Below are positions 37,756 to 50,318 of a DNA stretch of 64,000 nt, one piece after another. The notes under the pieces were generated by a model. That model was not told the origin of the DNA, searched no databases, and was given only the letters and a program-made list of their open reading frames with translations. Every line of letters begins with the position of its first letter. Positions within the stretch are counted from its first letter, which is position 1. The translations under genes and the position numbers were made by a program. Origin of the DNA: Amoebophrya sp. A120 (taxonomy: Eukaryota; Protista; Dinoflagellata); NCBI GenBank assembly GCA_905178155.1, contig CAJINV010000005.1, positions 8,471,591 through 8,535,590 of the forward strand, written 5' to 3'.

Positions 37756-39007
37756 ACGACAAAACGTACACCATTTCCGAGCGGTTTGAGGTGGATTCTG
37801 ATTCTTGGTGGCCATCTGCGCGTGCGGGCAAGGGTAGTTCGGCCGAGCTTGAAGTTGTTGGATCATGAGAAACATGTGATAATGAACGAACTCCTTGCGA
37901 AGAAAGCGATTTGATGTTTAGCTTAGCCCGCCTTCGTACAGAGAGAAATGTCCTGTTCTTGAAGCGCTGTTTTTCATCATAAAAATGAAAATTATGAACT
38001 CCCTAGTAAATAATCTGCAGCCGAAGGGAGAACGCGAAGAACACAACTTACATGACAAAGTTTTTTACCTCTTGGTGGAGGTCACAAGAGCATCATGTTG
38101 CTACCTGGATGAAACCGAATTCTGTGTCTGGAGTTCCTGTGCTAGGGTCGCAAGTTTACTGGACAGCATCATCATGATAATGTCGGTCAAACTTACTAGT
38201 CGATTTTCACGAAGCTGCGTAGAGGTAGAAATATACAAAAAAAGGTTCTCCACCACTATCATTCGGTTAATATGATCGTGGCGTGATCTTCCCATTCATA
38301 TCTGATTCGGTTTGGTTTTTCATCGAAGAAGAAATTTATGCAGCAGCAGATTCTCGGTGACGGTGTGGTCGCTCTTCGCTTACTTCGGTGTGAATGAAGA
38401 TGTCTGCTTACTGCTTTATTTGTCCTCTCGGTTATTTTTCATCCGGATGTTAGGTGGATGCTTCGGTCGACCACACGGTCTGTGTGGAAATTCCACGCAG
38501 CGCAGTGCTGCTGTTGCCGCATGTCGCTGCTACTCGGGTAGTCTGTTTGATGTCCTAAGGACCACCTCCAAGAAGGGACGGAAAATGCAGTGGCAAATAC
38601 TTATGCGGCGATTGAAGATGTGCCATGGCCCAGACGTTTTGTACATTCATTAAGCAGCAGCTTGCCATGGAAATCTATTTTTGTATTTCTTCCTCGATTA
38701 TGTAGGATTCATCATCTTCGTACATTTTTACAACTTTTTTCGCCCTCCATTGATTCGCTAAAGACGGGCCTTTGTTGATAGGATGTGATTGGCCCTGGCG
38801 GCCAGCGGCTGGTCCCTGAGTTACAACTCCCAGCACAAGATGATTTTAAAGCACGGACGAGGAAATTGTGCCGCGGGGCAGTACTACATCGGTAGTAGAA
38901 GACCATTACAACACGGAAGGATATTGAACGACAAATCCGAGGATGTTATGGAGATCTCCTCCCTGTTTGTCCCGCCACGGAAGATAATCGCGAGCAGGCG
39001 GGGTTTC

Positions 39008-42000
39008 ATGGTGCAGCTTTTGTCCTCGCGCATCATATTTGCCCTGCTTGTAGTAGTTCTTCCCACACTGCAAATCGGATGTGATGATTGGAAACAAGTA
39101 GCCAATGCTGTCACGATCCTGACCAGCAGGGCAGGAGAAGCCTCTACAACTTCCAGTAGATCATCATTCTCCGAGGAAAGCGAACAAGTCACCGCGTACG
39201 AACAGAAAAACACCAACGGGACTAAATCGCCGTTGATGTCGACGAAGAGTTTAATAAGCTCTTGGGAAAGCGATAGCGAAAGACAAAGTAGAGATGAACG
39301 TGAAGCTGCGACGTCACCTCTTGACAACATTAAAAGCAGCCTGCTCCAGCAGCAGGGGGCTGGGAACACCGCACTTCAACAAGCCGCGATTGAGCAAATC
39401 AGGACCGGCGTTGACCCGAACCTGTATGAATGGACGGAGAACGGCTACTGTTCCTGCCAAGGAAACTTCTGCCCGACGCGCTTCGCCAATGGTTTCGGCG
39501 GTCCGCTTGGTTTCGCGAATTGCCAACGCAATTGCACAGAAAACCCCGCATGTATGGGATTTGCCTACTCAGGGAACTGTGTGTACTCCGTCCAGCACAA
39601 ACTGGTCGACGGCGTCATCGGTCCAGACGGTGATGCGTTTTTAGCTGGCCCGCTTTTGTCTGATCCTATGAACCGTTTGCGGGGGGATGAGACAGGCGAC
39701 GACTGTATTGTGAGGAAAAATCCCCCCTCCCCATGTCGAGAAGGAGACTTGTGATGCTGATTTGTGACCACACAGCAGCTCTGTCTTGCATATGGGGCAA
39801 ATGGGATCCGTTTAGCGCATTTCACCGCCAATCTGTGATGCGGTTTTACATACTGCAAAGGTGTCTGCCATGCCTAAGTCCTAGCCTGCTGCATGCCCAA
39901 TCAGGCTCAGGAATTGCCTGTCCAAGCGCCTTCTGCACTACAGCGGTGATTTGTGTACAGAAATCCAGCAACAGAAATTTCCTTTTTTCTATGGGGTGGG
40001 AGCTTTTTTCACTTTGATAGACTGGACCAAAAGACTCCGCATGGCAACGTGGATAAGATACGGCTGCGTGCGAAAAATATTAAAGCCGGAAACTGCTTCA
40101 ACCTCTCGGAGCCCCCAAGCGGAGCAGGCCCTTGTAAGCAAGTACCGCTCGGTCGTCGCGTTTCAGGGCCTCTGCGGATGCGGGCCGCTCAGCGTATGCA
40201 AAACGAAACGCTTCGCGCACCTCGGCCTGCACTCGTCACAGCTAGACTGCGAGCGGCTATGCGAGGAAGACCGGAACTGTGCGGCTTATCAATTTGGCGT
40301 GGTGTCGGAAGCGCTTGGGCGGTACCACCCGCTATCCCGCGAAAAAACTGTTTCACTGTGATGGTTTTGCAAGATTCGCATGACAAGTTTGCTACACATG
40401 ACACAGAAAATTTGCCATGCGCTTTTCCCAAGGGAAAACACGCTTAAAAATCCATTGTGTTGCAGGTGTAGCAAGACAAACCCTTTGGTGTTTCGTTCTC
40501 TGCATCACAGGTTCACAGTGAAACAGTTTTTTCTTGCGATACCCGCATGGCCTGAACTACAACGCAAAAATTGCTGGAACGTGTCGCCTATCCTGTGCAA
40601 AAGTATCGCACTCGTATTGCAATCATGCGTTACAAATCTTTTTCTCAAGCTAATCAGCATTACAAATTTTATTTCTCATGCTGAGGAAATTTGTAATGCA
40701 TTTGTACGAGTAGGAGTACGATACTTTTGCAGTTCATATCGCCTGTATGAGTCCACGTGGAACAGCCAGACAAGTACCGTGAGTGCGCCCGACCGAGCCT
40801 TTGGGCCGTATGAGATTTACAACACTCCTACGAGAGTGGTGCACAACTCCTCCTCCCTCTCGTCAATTGTCATGCAAAATCCCAAATCTTCCAGTTGGTG
40901 CCTTGTGGCACTCTTTCCATGACAAATTTCAGAAGTCCAAAGAGTACTACACTCGGCGCGTGAAGTTGTCATGCACAAGCTCCACGCGTGGTGGTGGTTG
41001 TGGTGCTGTTCATGCTATACAAATGAGGAGGAGGGGGAGTCCGTTGTGCGCTCTCATAGCCCCAGCGGGGACCTGGTACTCAGATGTGAACGAGGACAAT
41101 TATCCTACGTAAAAACGTCCCCACACCATAGTCAAGATGGGAAATCTGCAAGACAAATCTCCAAGAAGTTCTGGGAGTTCTGCATGACAAGTTTCCATCT
41201 GCAGTGTAGTGCTGGTTAGCAAGGAAAGCCGCATGAGAAAGCCATTTACTCATCCTGTTTACAGCATTACAAATTCCAAAACACGACTGGGGATGCCTCT
41301 CAAGGAGATGTGCACTACAAATATTCCTGTCATTGCGCATTTGCATGACAACTCTGGGGTGGGGATGTTTTTCCTCAGAATAACAATGTTTTCATGTTTC
41401 CGAGAAAAACCGACGACGACGGGAAGGTGCTAGAAATCGACAACTTTTTATCCCACGAAAAAAGTGGTACAGTTACACATCTGCTGTAACTTCAGCATCA
41501 CAAGTTTCCTCTGCATGACAGAGAAAACTTGCAATGCAAAGATCATGAGGGAAAACAGGAAGGAAACGAGGCTCCAAAGCATTTCCTGCATGAGAAAGGT
41601 TGTCTGTGTTGCCGGTCTTGCATGACAATGTGTAACTGTAACACTTTTTTCTCCCCATACTTTTCTCCAGTGGAGGACTTTTGGTGGGTTAACGAATTCT
41701 GCATGAAGAAAATGCCTGCGGGTACTACAGGATATGCATTGCAAATATGTCTGGGTCCTCGTCTGGAAGAATGAAGCCTGTCATGCGAAATCTGGATCAC
41801 AAAAGAATCTGTGTTGCATGAACGGCAACAGTTTTGTTCGCGAATTTTTTTTATACGGAATAGGCATGAGGAAGGTCTGAAAATAAAATCTGTGAAGATG
41901 CTTGTGTGTGCATTACAGACCATAAGTCGTGTGGTCCGCGAGATGCATGACAAATCTTGCAACTTCTTTCCACACCCAGACACTTTTGCACTTGATACAG

Positions 42001-43519
42001 GAACAACAAACGCCAACAGCAACGGGAAGAACACTGGCGAGGGGTTCTTGGCCAACGCGAACGCAACAAATAAAACCATTACGGGAGCAGGTGTACTAGA
42101 TCAAGATGCTTTAACCTTTCTCGATTGCTGCTTCTACGGAACCATTGTCATTGCAGTCTTGCTGATATGCACTGCAAAAACATCGTACTTACTAGTATGA
42201 GTCGCATGACAGATTTCCTCAGCTTGAGAAATGAAATTTGTAATGGAGATTTAACTTGAGAAAGAAATTTGTAATGCAGGAATGCGATTAGTACGAGTGC
42301 GATACTTTTGCAGTGCATGACTGACACTCGCATTGGTCTTTGTGCTCTTCCTCTTCCGCAAGGAATTGCAACAGCTGCGAGGGTATGGATTGTAAAAATG
42401 TCTGGGTCTGGAAGAATGCAAGATTTGTGATGCAGCTTTTCCATGACCCATGAGGTCTGGAATGCAGGACCTAGCATGACAGATGCTGCGCGATCTCTCT
42501 CATCCTCATGCCTATCCTGCATGAGAAACTCCCTCCCGACTTGGTCAAAACTGGACGGCTTTTGGTAGTTATGCAACACAGATTTTTGCATGCTTGAGAT
42601 TTAGCATGACAAGTTGCAATCTTCCAGACCCAGACATTTTTACAATCCATAGAGGGACAGGCAAGCAGAAGCGACGAGGCCCGGCGGCGCAGCGGTGGCG
42701 CCACAGGAGCAGAGCCTACGCAAAAGATGCACAGCAGCACCCTCTTTACAACAAGAAGTACGAGCAGGTTGATGAAGTTGGAGGGAAGATGTTGAAAAGG
42801 ACCACGGCAGTCGTCCCGACGGCGCATCACCGGCAGGGAAGAAGAACTCCTTCTGCCCCCCGCGGGGGTGATCATGAAGATCATCATCCGCGTGCTGGAC
42901 GAGGAGGTACTGTCAGCACAGCGACGCTGAGAGATCGAAGGCCAGGGATGAACAAAGGGAGACATCAACCCGGTAGTTCCCCAACAACTGGTGCGCAGCA
43001 GGGGTCGCGACGTGGAGTAGACGTTGTAAACAAGAGCGCCAAGAAAATGAATACTGGTGCGACCACAACTACCTCGTCCCGGCCGGTAGACGCCTTGTCA
43101 CGAAAAATGGTTCTCAACGTACAACAAGAACCACCACCACGGCAGCTGTCGGGGGTTTCTGAGGAGGCAGGAAACACGACGCATGCCATGGAAACAACAG
43201 CTGCGACTACAGCGCATGAAGATCGAAACGTGTCCATCCCGATTATCGCGGTCGGAAATATGCATTGCAAAAGTATCGTAATATAGTAGAAATGGAAATC
43301 GCGTTACGAAAACGAACTGGCTCAGCATTACAAAGAAATGGAATCTGTCATGCTGATTTAAATTAGAAGGAAAATAAGAATTTGTCATGCATAGCTGCAA
43401 TTACTACGAGTGCGATACAACTTTTGCGGTTCATAGGAAGGAAAGAACAGCAACAACTGCAGGACGCGATGGATTTTGACAAAGCTATGCTGGCGGCGGA
43501 AATGAATGACAGGAGATGA
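39008..43519 (+). CDS. Type I membrane protein with two PAN/apple-like Cys domains (candidate adhesin), 11 exons
   Basis: Signal-like IIFALLVVVL; CQRNCTENPACMGFAY..NCVY and CERLCEEDRNCAAYQF...GTCRLY; TM FYGTIVIAVLLTLALVFVLFLF appears only after removing introner 42166; 10 introners, no canonical intron; alternative start 38948. Confidence 0.8.
39706..40019. mobile_element. Introner family F (TIR TATnnnnnGAAAAATCCCCCCTCC)
   Basis: DR gactg/gactg. Confidence 0.92.
40333..40541. mobile_element. Introner family D
   Basis: DR cccgc/cccgc. Confidence 0.95.
40589..40738. mobile_element. Introner family B
   Basis: DR tcgcc/tcgcc. Confidence 0.95.
40829..41058. mobile_element. Introner family C
   Basis: DR actcc/gcccc; left end TAC. 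Confidence 0.87.
41101..41382. mobile_element. Introner family E
   Basis: DR acaat/acaat; internally similar to 5606-5894. Confidence 0.95.
41449..41659. mobile_element. Introner group G
   Basis: DR ctttt/ctttt; TIR core GAAAAAAGTGnTACAGTTACACA. Confidence 0.92.
41733..41997. mobile_element. Introner family A
   Basis: DR cagga/cagga. Confidence 0.95.
42166..42319. mobile_element. Introner family B
   Basis: DR gctga/actga; right end ATG; splits the TM helix. Confidence 0.9.
42384..42651. mobile_element. Introner family A, reverse orientation
   Basis: DR gaggg/gaggg; interior is the reverse complement of the 37495 type. Confidence 0.95.
43259..43435. mobile_element. Introner family B
   Basis: DR ggaaa/ggaag. 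Confidence 0.9.
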
Positions 43520-44534
43520 AGCAGATGATACTACGTCCTCACACTATGTTCTCTGACGCAGATGAAACTACTTCCTAATCCTAAATGCTATAGCAGAGAC
43601 AACAGTGGATCGTGCTGTGGCATAGGAAGTAGATCAAAAGAGGACCACGGAGTTTACTTATTTCCAAAACCACGACCGTCGTTTCTTTTCGAAATTATTT
43701 TGTTTTCTGGTACTGGATACTGCGATCATTTGAAGACCACGGGATTCTTGTGTCGCGACATGATCACGACCACGTGGCTCCTGCGACGCAAGACAACACA
43801 AATTTTGAAAAGTACTTTGATTTTTTCGTTTCCAAATTTAATATTCCTGAACTACGATAGGACCACGAGCTCCTGCGCACTTGTTGGGACATTTTTGTCT
43901 CCGTTTTGATGTTCATTTGGATTTGGGATGAGGACCTGCAGCTGTTTCACAAGCAAGCAGACGACCGCACGGTTTTTGCGGTGCAAGAAAAACGATAAAT
44001 TCAAATGGCGAGAAAGAGAGCAGGGGTCTTCTCTACTCGGGCATCAGGGTGACGTTTTCTTTTTTTCGTGCATATAGTTGGATGAGAGAAGGTTTATTTT
44101 CACACACTGAGTAGAGCAGCGCAGGTGGAGGTGGCACCTGGAAAGGAGGGTCTTCGTAACTTGTGCGGAGTAGAGATCAAGCACAAATGCTGTCAGGCCT
44201 GAGCGATGGCATGATATTATGTGTGAAGATAATATTATCGGTTTCATCATCGGTCCTGCTCATCTCCAACTGCTGTCGTGACTGACTGCCGTAGAAGAGA
44301 CGCAGCTCCTTTGCTCGACAGATGTTCAAAATACAGAAAACTAACGTGGAAAGAAAGCTTGGATCATCATCATTCTCAGAACTTGCCTGCTGTGTGGTCT
44401 CTCGTTAGGTTACACACGACTGGCTTCTTATGCTCTTCAGACGCGGGCACAGCTGCTGGAACTGCGGGACAGAAGAACAAAAGAACCACAAGCTGCTGCG
44501 TCTACTACCGTAAAGTAAGATAATAAACCATCAG

Positions 44535-47500
44535 ATGGGTAGTTCTTCGCCGCCAGAGGGAACAACAAGTAGAAACACGGAGAAAAAAGTAGACACGCGA
44601 AGAACTACAAGTAGAGCACGACAGCACGACACCACGAGACGGCATATAGAGCCACGTAGCAGCAGCAGTTCTTCACCTTCGATCGAGAGTAGTGTTTTGA
44701 GCACTTCTTCTAGCAGCCTGAGTTCTTCTAGCAGGAGTAGGAAAAATCTTCGCGGCGCTGCAGGAGGACAGCAGCATCGAGCATCCCCTACTTCGCGGAT
44801 TGAGAAAACTGAAGGAACATCAGAAGTCGTACCCAAAATATCAAATCGAGCTGGTGGAACAACTGGGCCATCATCAACTCGTGCAGGAAATACTAAAAAC
44901 ATCCTGTCGCACCGCAGCCGCAGCCGCACTCGGAGTAGTCGGACCGTGGAGACAACTGCTAGAGCCGCTGCAGTTCCTCGGGTCGGCGGGGAGGACAAGA
45001 AGAGAAATACGTCGCCTGGTGCTTCGAAGGACGACGACGAAGACGAACGAGAAGAGGACGGTGACGCAATCATGTCGAGCTCCAGCAGCTCCGGAGCGGC
45101 GCCGACGGCGGGAAAAAAAACCACAAATGATGTTCCCAACACGGCCGGGCGTCGCACGCTGCAGGAATTGAAACAAGCGTCGCCGTATCAATTGCAAAAG
45201 TAGCGTACTTGTATAGATGCATTACAAATTTCCAGAGCATGAGAAATGAAATTTGTAATGCGGATGTAGCTTCAGAACAAGATTTGTGACGCATGCTTGC
45301 AATTACTACGAGTGCGATGCTTTTGCACAGGATACACTGCCGTTTTTTCACCCGGAGGCGGTAACCAGCTGGCGGAAAATTTCCAAGTCTTCCTCGTCGA
45401 AGAGCGGAGAGAATTCGATCGACTCCATCTACTCGATATCAACTGGTGAAATATGTATGGGTCTGGAAGGTTGCAAGACTTGTCATGCAGGTTTTCCATG
45501 AGGACGCATTAGGTCTGTCATACGTGCAGCTCTGGCATGACAGATTCTGCGCGAGGACCTGTATCACGCCTTCTCTGCATGACAAACTGCCTCTCAAGAA
45601 CTTGGTCAAATAAAGTAGGGAGCTTTTGGTATAATCACGCAACACAGATTTTTGCACTATCCAGAATCAGCATGACAAGTTCCAGCGCTCCAGACACCCA
45701 GGGAGATTTGCAAGGAATACTCGATCGGCGGGTCTCTGCTCCCAGACAGCGACGACAGCGACAAGTACTGCAAGAGCGCACTGCTATCCTGAGCAAAAGT
45801 ATCGTACTCGTAGTAATCGCAGACATGCATTACAAATCTTGCTCTCAAGGTAAATCCGCATTACAAATTTCATTTCTCATGCTGAGGAAATTTGTAATGC
45901 ATTCATACGAATACGATACTTTTGCAATGCATAACTGCGACGGTCCGACAAAACGGAGGTGGTGTTGAAGGGCAGGCACAAACTGCGGGGCTTCAAGGAT
46001 GAGGAAGAGCTCGAGGATTGGAAAGTGTCTATGGCTTTGATGCACTACGTAACAAACAACAACGGAAGCAGTGGTAGCAGTAGCAGCACGTCTACTTCAG
46101 CTGGTGGAGCCAAAACCTCTGGGGATAAGAGGATAGCGCAAAACAACCCGCTGCCAAACATCGCACAAATGTATCCTCGAATTTTTGCTTTGTGTGATGT
46201 AAGACTGAGGAGTTAAAGTGAATTTTCATGTGCAATAAATGCAAAAATAAAACTACAAAGAATGTTCAAACAAAAATCAGCTCCGAGCTTTTGGAAGTAT
46301 GGAGAGAAAAAAGTTTGTCACAGTCACTCACTTGCAGGTTTTGCATTACAAATTTTCTCAGCATCACAAACTTTCCTTGTATTGCAGAAACACTAGGGAG
46401 ATCCCTGATGAAGTTTGGCTGTGATGCATTTTTACGCATGACAGGCAATTTTGTATTGCAAGAATGCGCATGAGTGATCGTGACGAACTTTTTTTCTTTG
46501 ATAGGAAGACGAAAAGTGGTACTATGCGGTGATGGAAAAAGTCCACGGGCGCGACATGTTTGACTTCTTCATAGAAGATATCAGATGCAAATATGTTTGG
46601 GCGGTCTGAAACAAGAATGCAAGTTTGTGATGCTTGGTCGACAATACAGAAAAGTCTGTCATGTTTGTTGCGCTACAGAAGTGCCGCTGGTTTGTCATGC
46701 AAAAATGCCATTTGTCATGCGGTTACGCTAGATGTAGCCGCTCAGAAACTTGTCGTGCGCGGTTCTGCAATACAGTTTTATGATTCGGATATTAGCATGA
46801 CAACTTTCCAGACTCAGACATATTTGCAACGCATAGAAGAGAAGCTGGCCAAAACGGACGACCTGAACTTAATCCACAAGATCGCACTGAACTTCATCCG
46901 GCAAGTCTGCAATGCGCTGCACGCACTACACTCCAAGGGCATCGTGCACCGGGACCTGATATCAAGATGAAAAATCCCCCCTCCTCATTTATTACTAAAA
47001 CGGAGATTTGTGTAGCATGATTTGCTACCACATATCATGTTGTCATGCTGGAAGGCAAAAGGTGCGGACTGTAGTGCTGGCTGGCGTGGGAAAGCCTTGC
47101 GCCTTCAGCATGACAGGAGGCAACTGGAACTGGGAAACAGCATGAAAAATTGCCTGCAATTCAGGCCAATAGTGCGGCTCTGGGCCTTCTAGCAAAATAC
47201 AAGTCGACGTGTGTACGCAAATCCAGCATCACAAATGTCCTTTTCAATATGGGGAGGGGGGATTTTTCCCCTGAATATCTGAAGTTCGAGAACATCGTGG
47301 TGGTAGAGAACGGCGGAAGTTGTCTATGGGAAGAAAAAACTGTTTCGCCGTGAAGGACTTGTGATGCATAGATCGGTACACAGAACTATTTGTCTTGCTA
47401 CACCTGCAATGCCAGGACTCTTCAAAGGTGTTTTCCCTTTGGAAGCGCGCGTGGCAAATTTTCTGTGTCATGTGTAAGTATAGAAACTTGTGATGCAGAT

Positions 47501-49663
47501 CTTGCAAATAAAAATCATCACAGTGAAGCATTTTTTCCTGCGATATTGTCACAACGGCTCATCGTCTCCAAAAAGGGCCTCGCCGGTCTTTGACCCAGCA
47601 AGAATGGAGGTATGATTCATGGTCATGCGCAGGTCTGACAGCATCGCTGACTGTGTTTTTTTTTGTCATGCGCAAATAGCACCATTGGCATTGGATCATC
47701 GAATCTGTGATGCAGTAGACCCGGCTTCTTTTGACAGTCAAATTTTACCTATGAGAAAGCTCTCCACCTCTCAGGTAAAGCTAATCGACTTCGACACGGC
47801 GGAGATTTTTGACGCGATATGACCTGCGAATATGTCTGGGTCCCATGGAAGAGTTGTGCACTGTTTGTCATGCACGGCTAGGATGCCTCCCAAGCCTGTC
47901 ATGCACGTTACCCGAAAGTAGCCACATTTCTCTGTCATGTACGAACGCAGTGGGTGAAGATGCTGATAGAAGACAACACTGACTATTGTAATCAAAAAAT
48001 TTCGCATGCTTGGCTGTCAACGTAGGCATAGGCGTTCGCATGATTCGCCGAAATACACCAGCCTCCACAAGTTTCCACACAATCCAGGGATATTTGCAGT
48101 GGATACGCGAACCGCATATACTACCATGTTCTCGGGTATGGAAGTGTCAGGATCGAAATCGGCAAAATCAAAAAATTTGTGATGCATAAAATGTAGGGCA
48201 CTGGAGGCCTGCATTGGGGAGCAGGCAAATGAGACCGATTGCAAGCCTGTTTAGGGGTATGCAATGTGCTGCCAGAGTAGCACGACAGGAGCAGTCTTCT
48301 TTGCCCAAACAACATGGCAGACTGGATTTGAGTGCTCCCGAAATTTGTCATGCGCCACTTACAAATTGAGGCTCCAACTGGTATCAATTTTTTGCATCAC
48401 AAATTTTTCGATTTTGTCAATTTCGATTCTGACACTTCCATATCAGGACGGATCAGTACATCGCACCTGAAGTGTACGCCGGAATGGTGACGCCCGCTTG
48501 CGTAGGCTTTGCGAAAATCATATCGTACGAGTAAGTAGTATTACTGCATTACAAATTTGGATTATTTCTTGCCCAGCATGAGCAATGCAAATGCAATTTG
48601 TAATGCGGTGGATTCAGCTCAAAAAAGAGAATGCAATGCACAAATGCAATTGCTTTTCCTACGAGTGCGATATTACTTTTGCAGAGGACATTGTGACATG
48701 TGGGCCGTGGGAGTGATGCTGTACACGCTTTTCACCGGAACTTTGCCCTATGCATTGCAAATATGTAGTCTGGGTCTGGAAACTTGTGTTGCTGATTCTC
48801 GCATTGCAGAGCGGTCGCTTGTACAGTATCACAGCATCAGAAGTTATTTTGCCAGGCTTCTTGCAGCAGGTCTCAATTCCTAAAACGCATGACAAACTAT
48901 ACCATATCCAGCACGACAAAAAATTAGAATTACCCAACCGCATTTTATGCATCACAAATCCTTGTTGTCCTTCACATCCCGCATGACAGATCGATATTTG
49001 CAATCCATATGCCCTTTCACAACGCGATATTTGACGACGAGCCGGGGGAGAATTGGGTCGGAAATCCGGCCATGGAAAAGATCCGCAGGAGGCTGAAACT
49101 GGTCAAGATTGACTGGTCGCACCCTGTATCAAATGCAAAAATGTCTGGGTCTGGAAGGTTGGAACTTGTGATGCTAACTCTGGACTGTAAAAACATCTGT
49201 ATTGCATGACCAGCAAGAGGAGTCCAGTTTGTGCTACGCCGGGAAGGAATTTGTCATGCGGAGTAGGCATCAGGAAGGAAGATCTGTGATGCTAGGTAGT
49301 GCATTACAGGATCCTGGGTCATGCAAAATATGCATGACAAACCCGGCAACATTCCGGACCCAGACACTTTTGCATTTGATACCCTGTGTGGAGCGAAAAA
49401 AGACCGTCGAGTCAATCCATCTATCCTGTGCAAAAGTAATATTTTGCATATAGTCGTAGTCACTGCGGAAACCAGATTTGTCATGCAACTTATTGCACCG
49501 AACAAACTACTTCTACGACTGCGATAATGTTTTTGCACTGCATACCATCGTGCAGCCAGAGTCTTTGGTCAAGGATTTTTGCCGCCGGTGCTTCGCGTTT
49601 GAACCGAGCCAGCGCTTGACTGTAGTGGAGGCTCTGGCGCACCCGTGGCTAAGCGGAAAATAG
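44535..49663 (+). CDS. Ser/Thr protein kinase, CAMK/CDPK-like but atypical (DFD, no GxGxxG), 16 exons
   Basis: After splicing: VVLK, PNIAQISELLEDEKWYYAVME, HSKGIVHRDLKFENIV, VKLIDFD, VLGTDQYIAPE, CDMWAVGV, RLTVVEALAHPWL. 13 introners; GT-AG introns 46171-46280 and 47610-47774. Confidence 0.93.
45186..45334. mobile_element. Introner family B, opposite orientation to 45785
   Basis: DR cgccg/cactg. Confidence 0.9.
45437..45719. mobile_element. Introner family A, reverse orientation
   Basis: DR ctcga/ctcga. Confidence 0.92.
45785..45933. mobile_element. Introner family B
   Basis: DR actgc/actgc. Confidence 0.95.
46298..46503. mobile_element. Introner group G
   Basis: DR ggaag/ggaag; TIR core GAAAAAAGTTnGTCAC. 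Confidence 0.92.
46579..46835. mobile_element. Introner family A
   Basis: DR gaaga/gaaga. Confidence 0.93.
46960..47277. mobile_element. Introner family F
   Basis: DR cctga/tctga; splits HRDL|K. Confidence 0.96.
47325..47545. mobile_element. Introner family D, opposite orientation to 40333
   Basis: DR ttgtc/ttgtc. Confidence 0.93.
47818..48105. mobile_element. Introner family A (degenerate)
   Basis: DR cgcga/cgcga. Confidence 0.9.
48137..48442. mobile_element. Introner family H (~50-bp TIR TATGGAAGTGTCAGnATCGAAAT)
   Basis: DR tcggg/tcagg; splits VLG|TDQY. Confidence 0.95.
48503..48690. mobile_element. Introner family B, decayed ends (TAG...ACA)
   Basis: DR ttgcg/ttgtg; splits AC|DMW. Confidence 0.88.
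48749..49009. mobile_element. Introner family A
   Basis: DR tgccc/tgccc. Confidence 0.93.
49127..49381. mobile_element. Introner family A
   Basis: DR ccctg/ccctg. Confidence 0.95.
49422..49544. mobile_element. Introner family B (short)
   Basis: DR ccatc/ccatc. Confidence 0.9.
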
Positions 49664-50318
49664 AGCGCCGGTTTGTGAAAAGTGCCGGACAGGATCGATT
49701 GTAGTCGTGCCGCCGGACGAGAGACGTGTAACTACATGCGTGATTTTTAGTAGTAAGTACTAGAACGGAAGTAGCTGTCAAGAAGTTACAGCCAGCACGC
49801 GAGGAAAAAACGAAATGTCAATTGATGATATAGCCTTAGACCACCATCCAGTCTCGACTTGTTGTAGCTGTTATTCAGTCGGTTACTTACTTTATTCTTT
49901 CAACAGCAAAAGCAAAAGCAAAACCATGAAAATCTAATGAGGTGAAATACAACAGCATCAGCAAATACACATAAGACAGGCAAAGCGCAAAAGTTTTATC
50001 CCGCTACGGCCACCATGACGTGAAAGAAAAAAGCGTGAGAAGTATACATGATCGTCAACATCGCGTGAAGGTCAGACAGGGAGCGCAAAAGCACCTTCTA
50101 AATTTGTAAATATTGGCCAGCTGCTTCTCTATTCAGAGCTGAGATAAAAGTTCAACACGTTCACCAAGTAGAATGCTGCTGCGAGAAAATAAAGAAATTT
50201 TCTTCTGTAGAACCAGTGCTAGAATAAATTATTAGGGAGTTGTAAATCACATGACGTATAATTCGGGCTTGTAGTTTCATTTCTAGTGAGGGGCAAGTGA
50301 AGTATAAAAGTTTATCGA

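Larger units (their letters stand above)
35370..37868 (+). pseudogene. Small hypothetical gene (MSWKDAFGLAQKVV...HDAVGLWHHAEM..KPGQ) interrupted by a rearranged copy of gene 25842; 3' structure unresolved
   Basis: Introners 35459 and 35730 join in frame; the exon GLWHHAEM occurs twice (35992 and 37125), either side of the inserted block 36043-36859. Confidence 0.5.
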
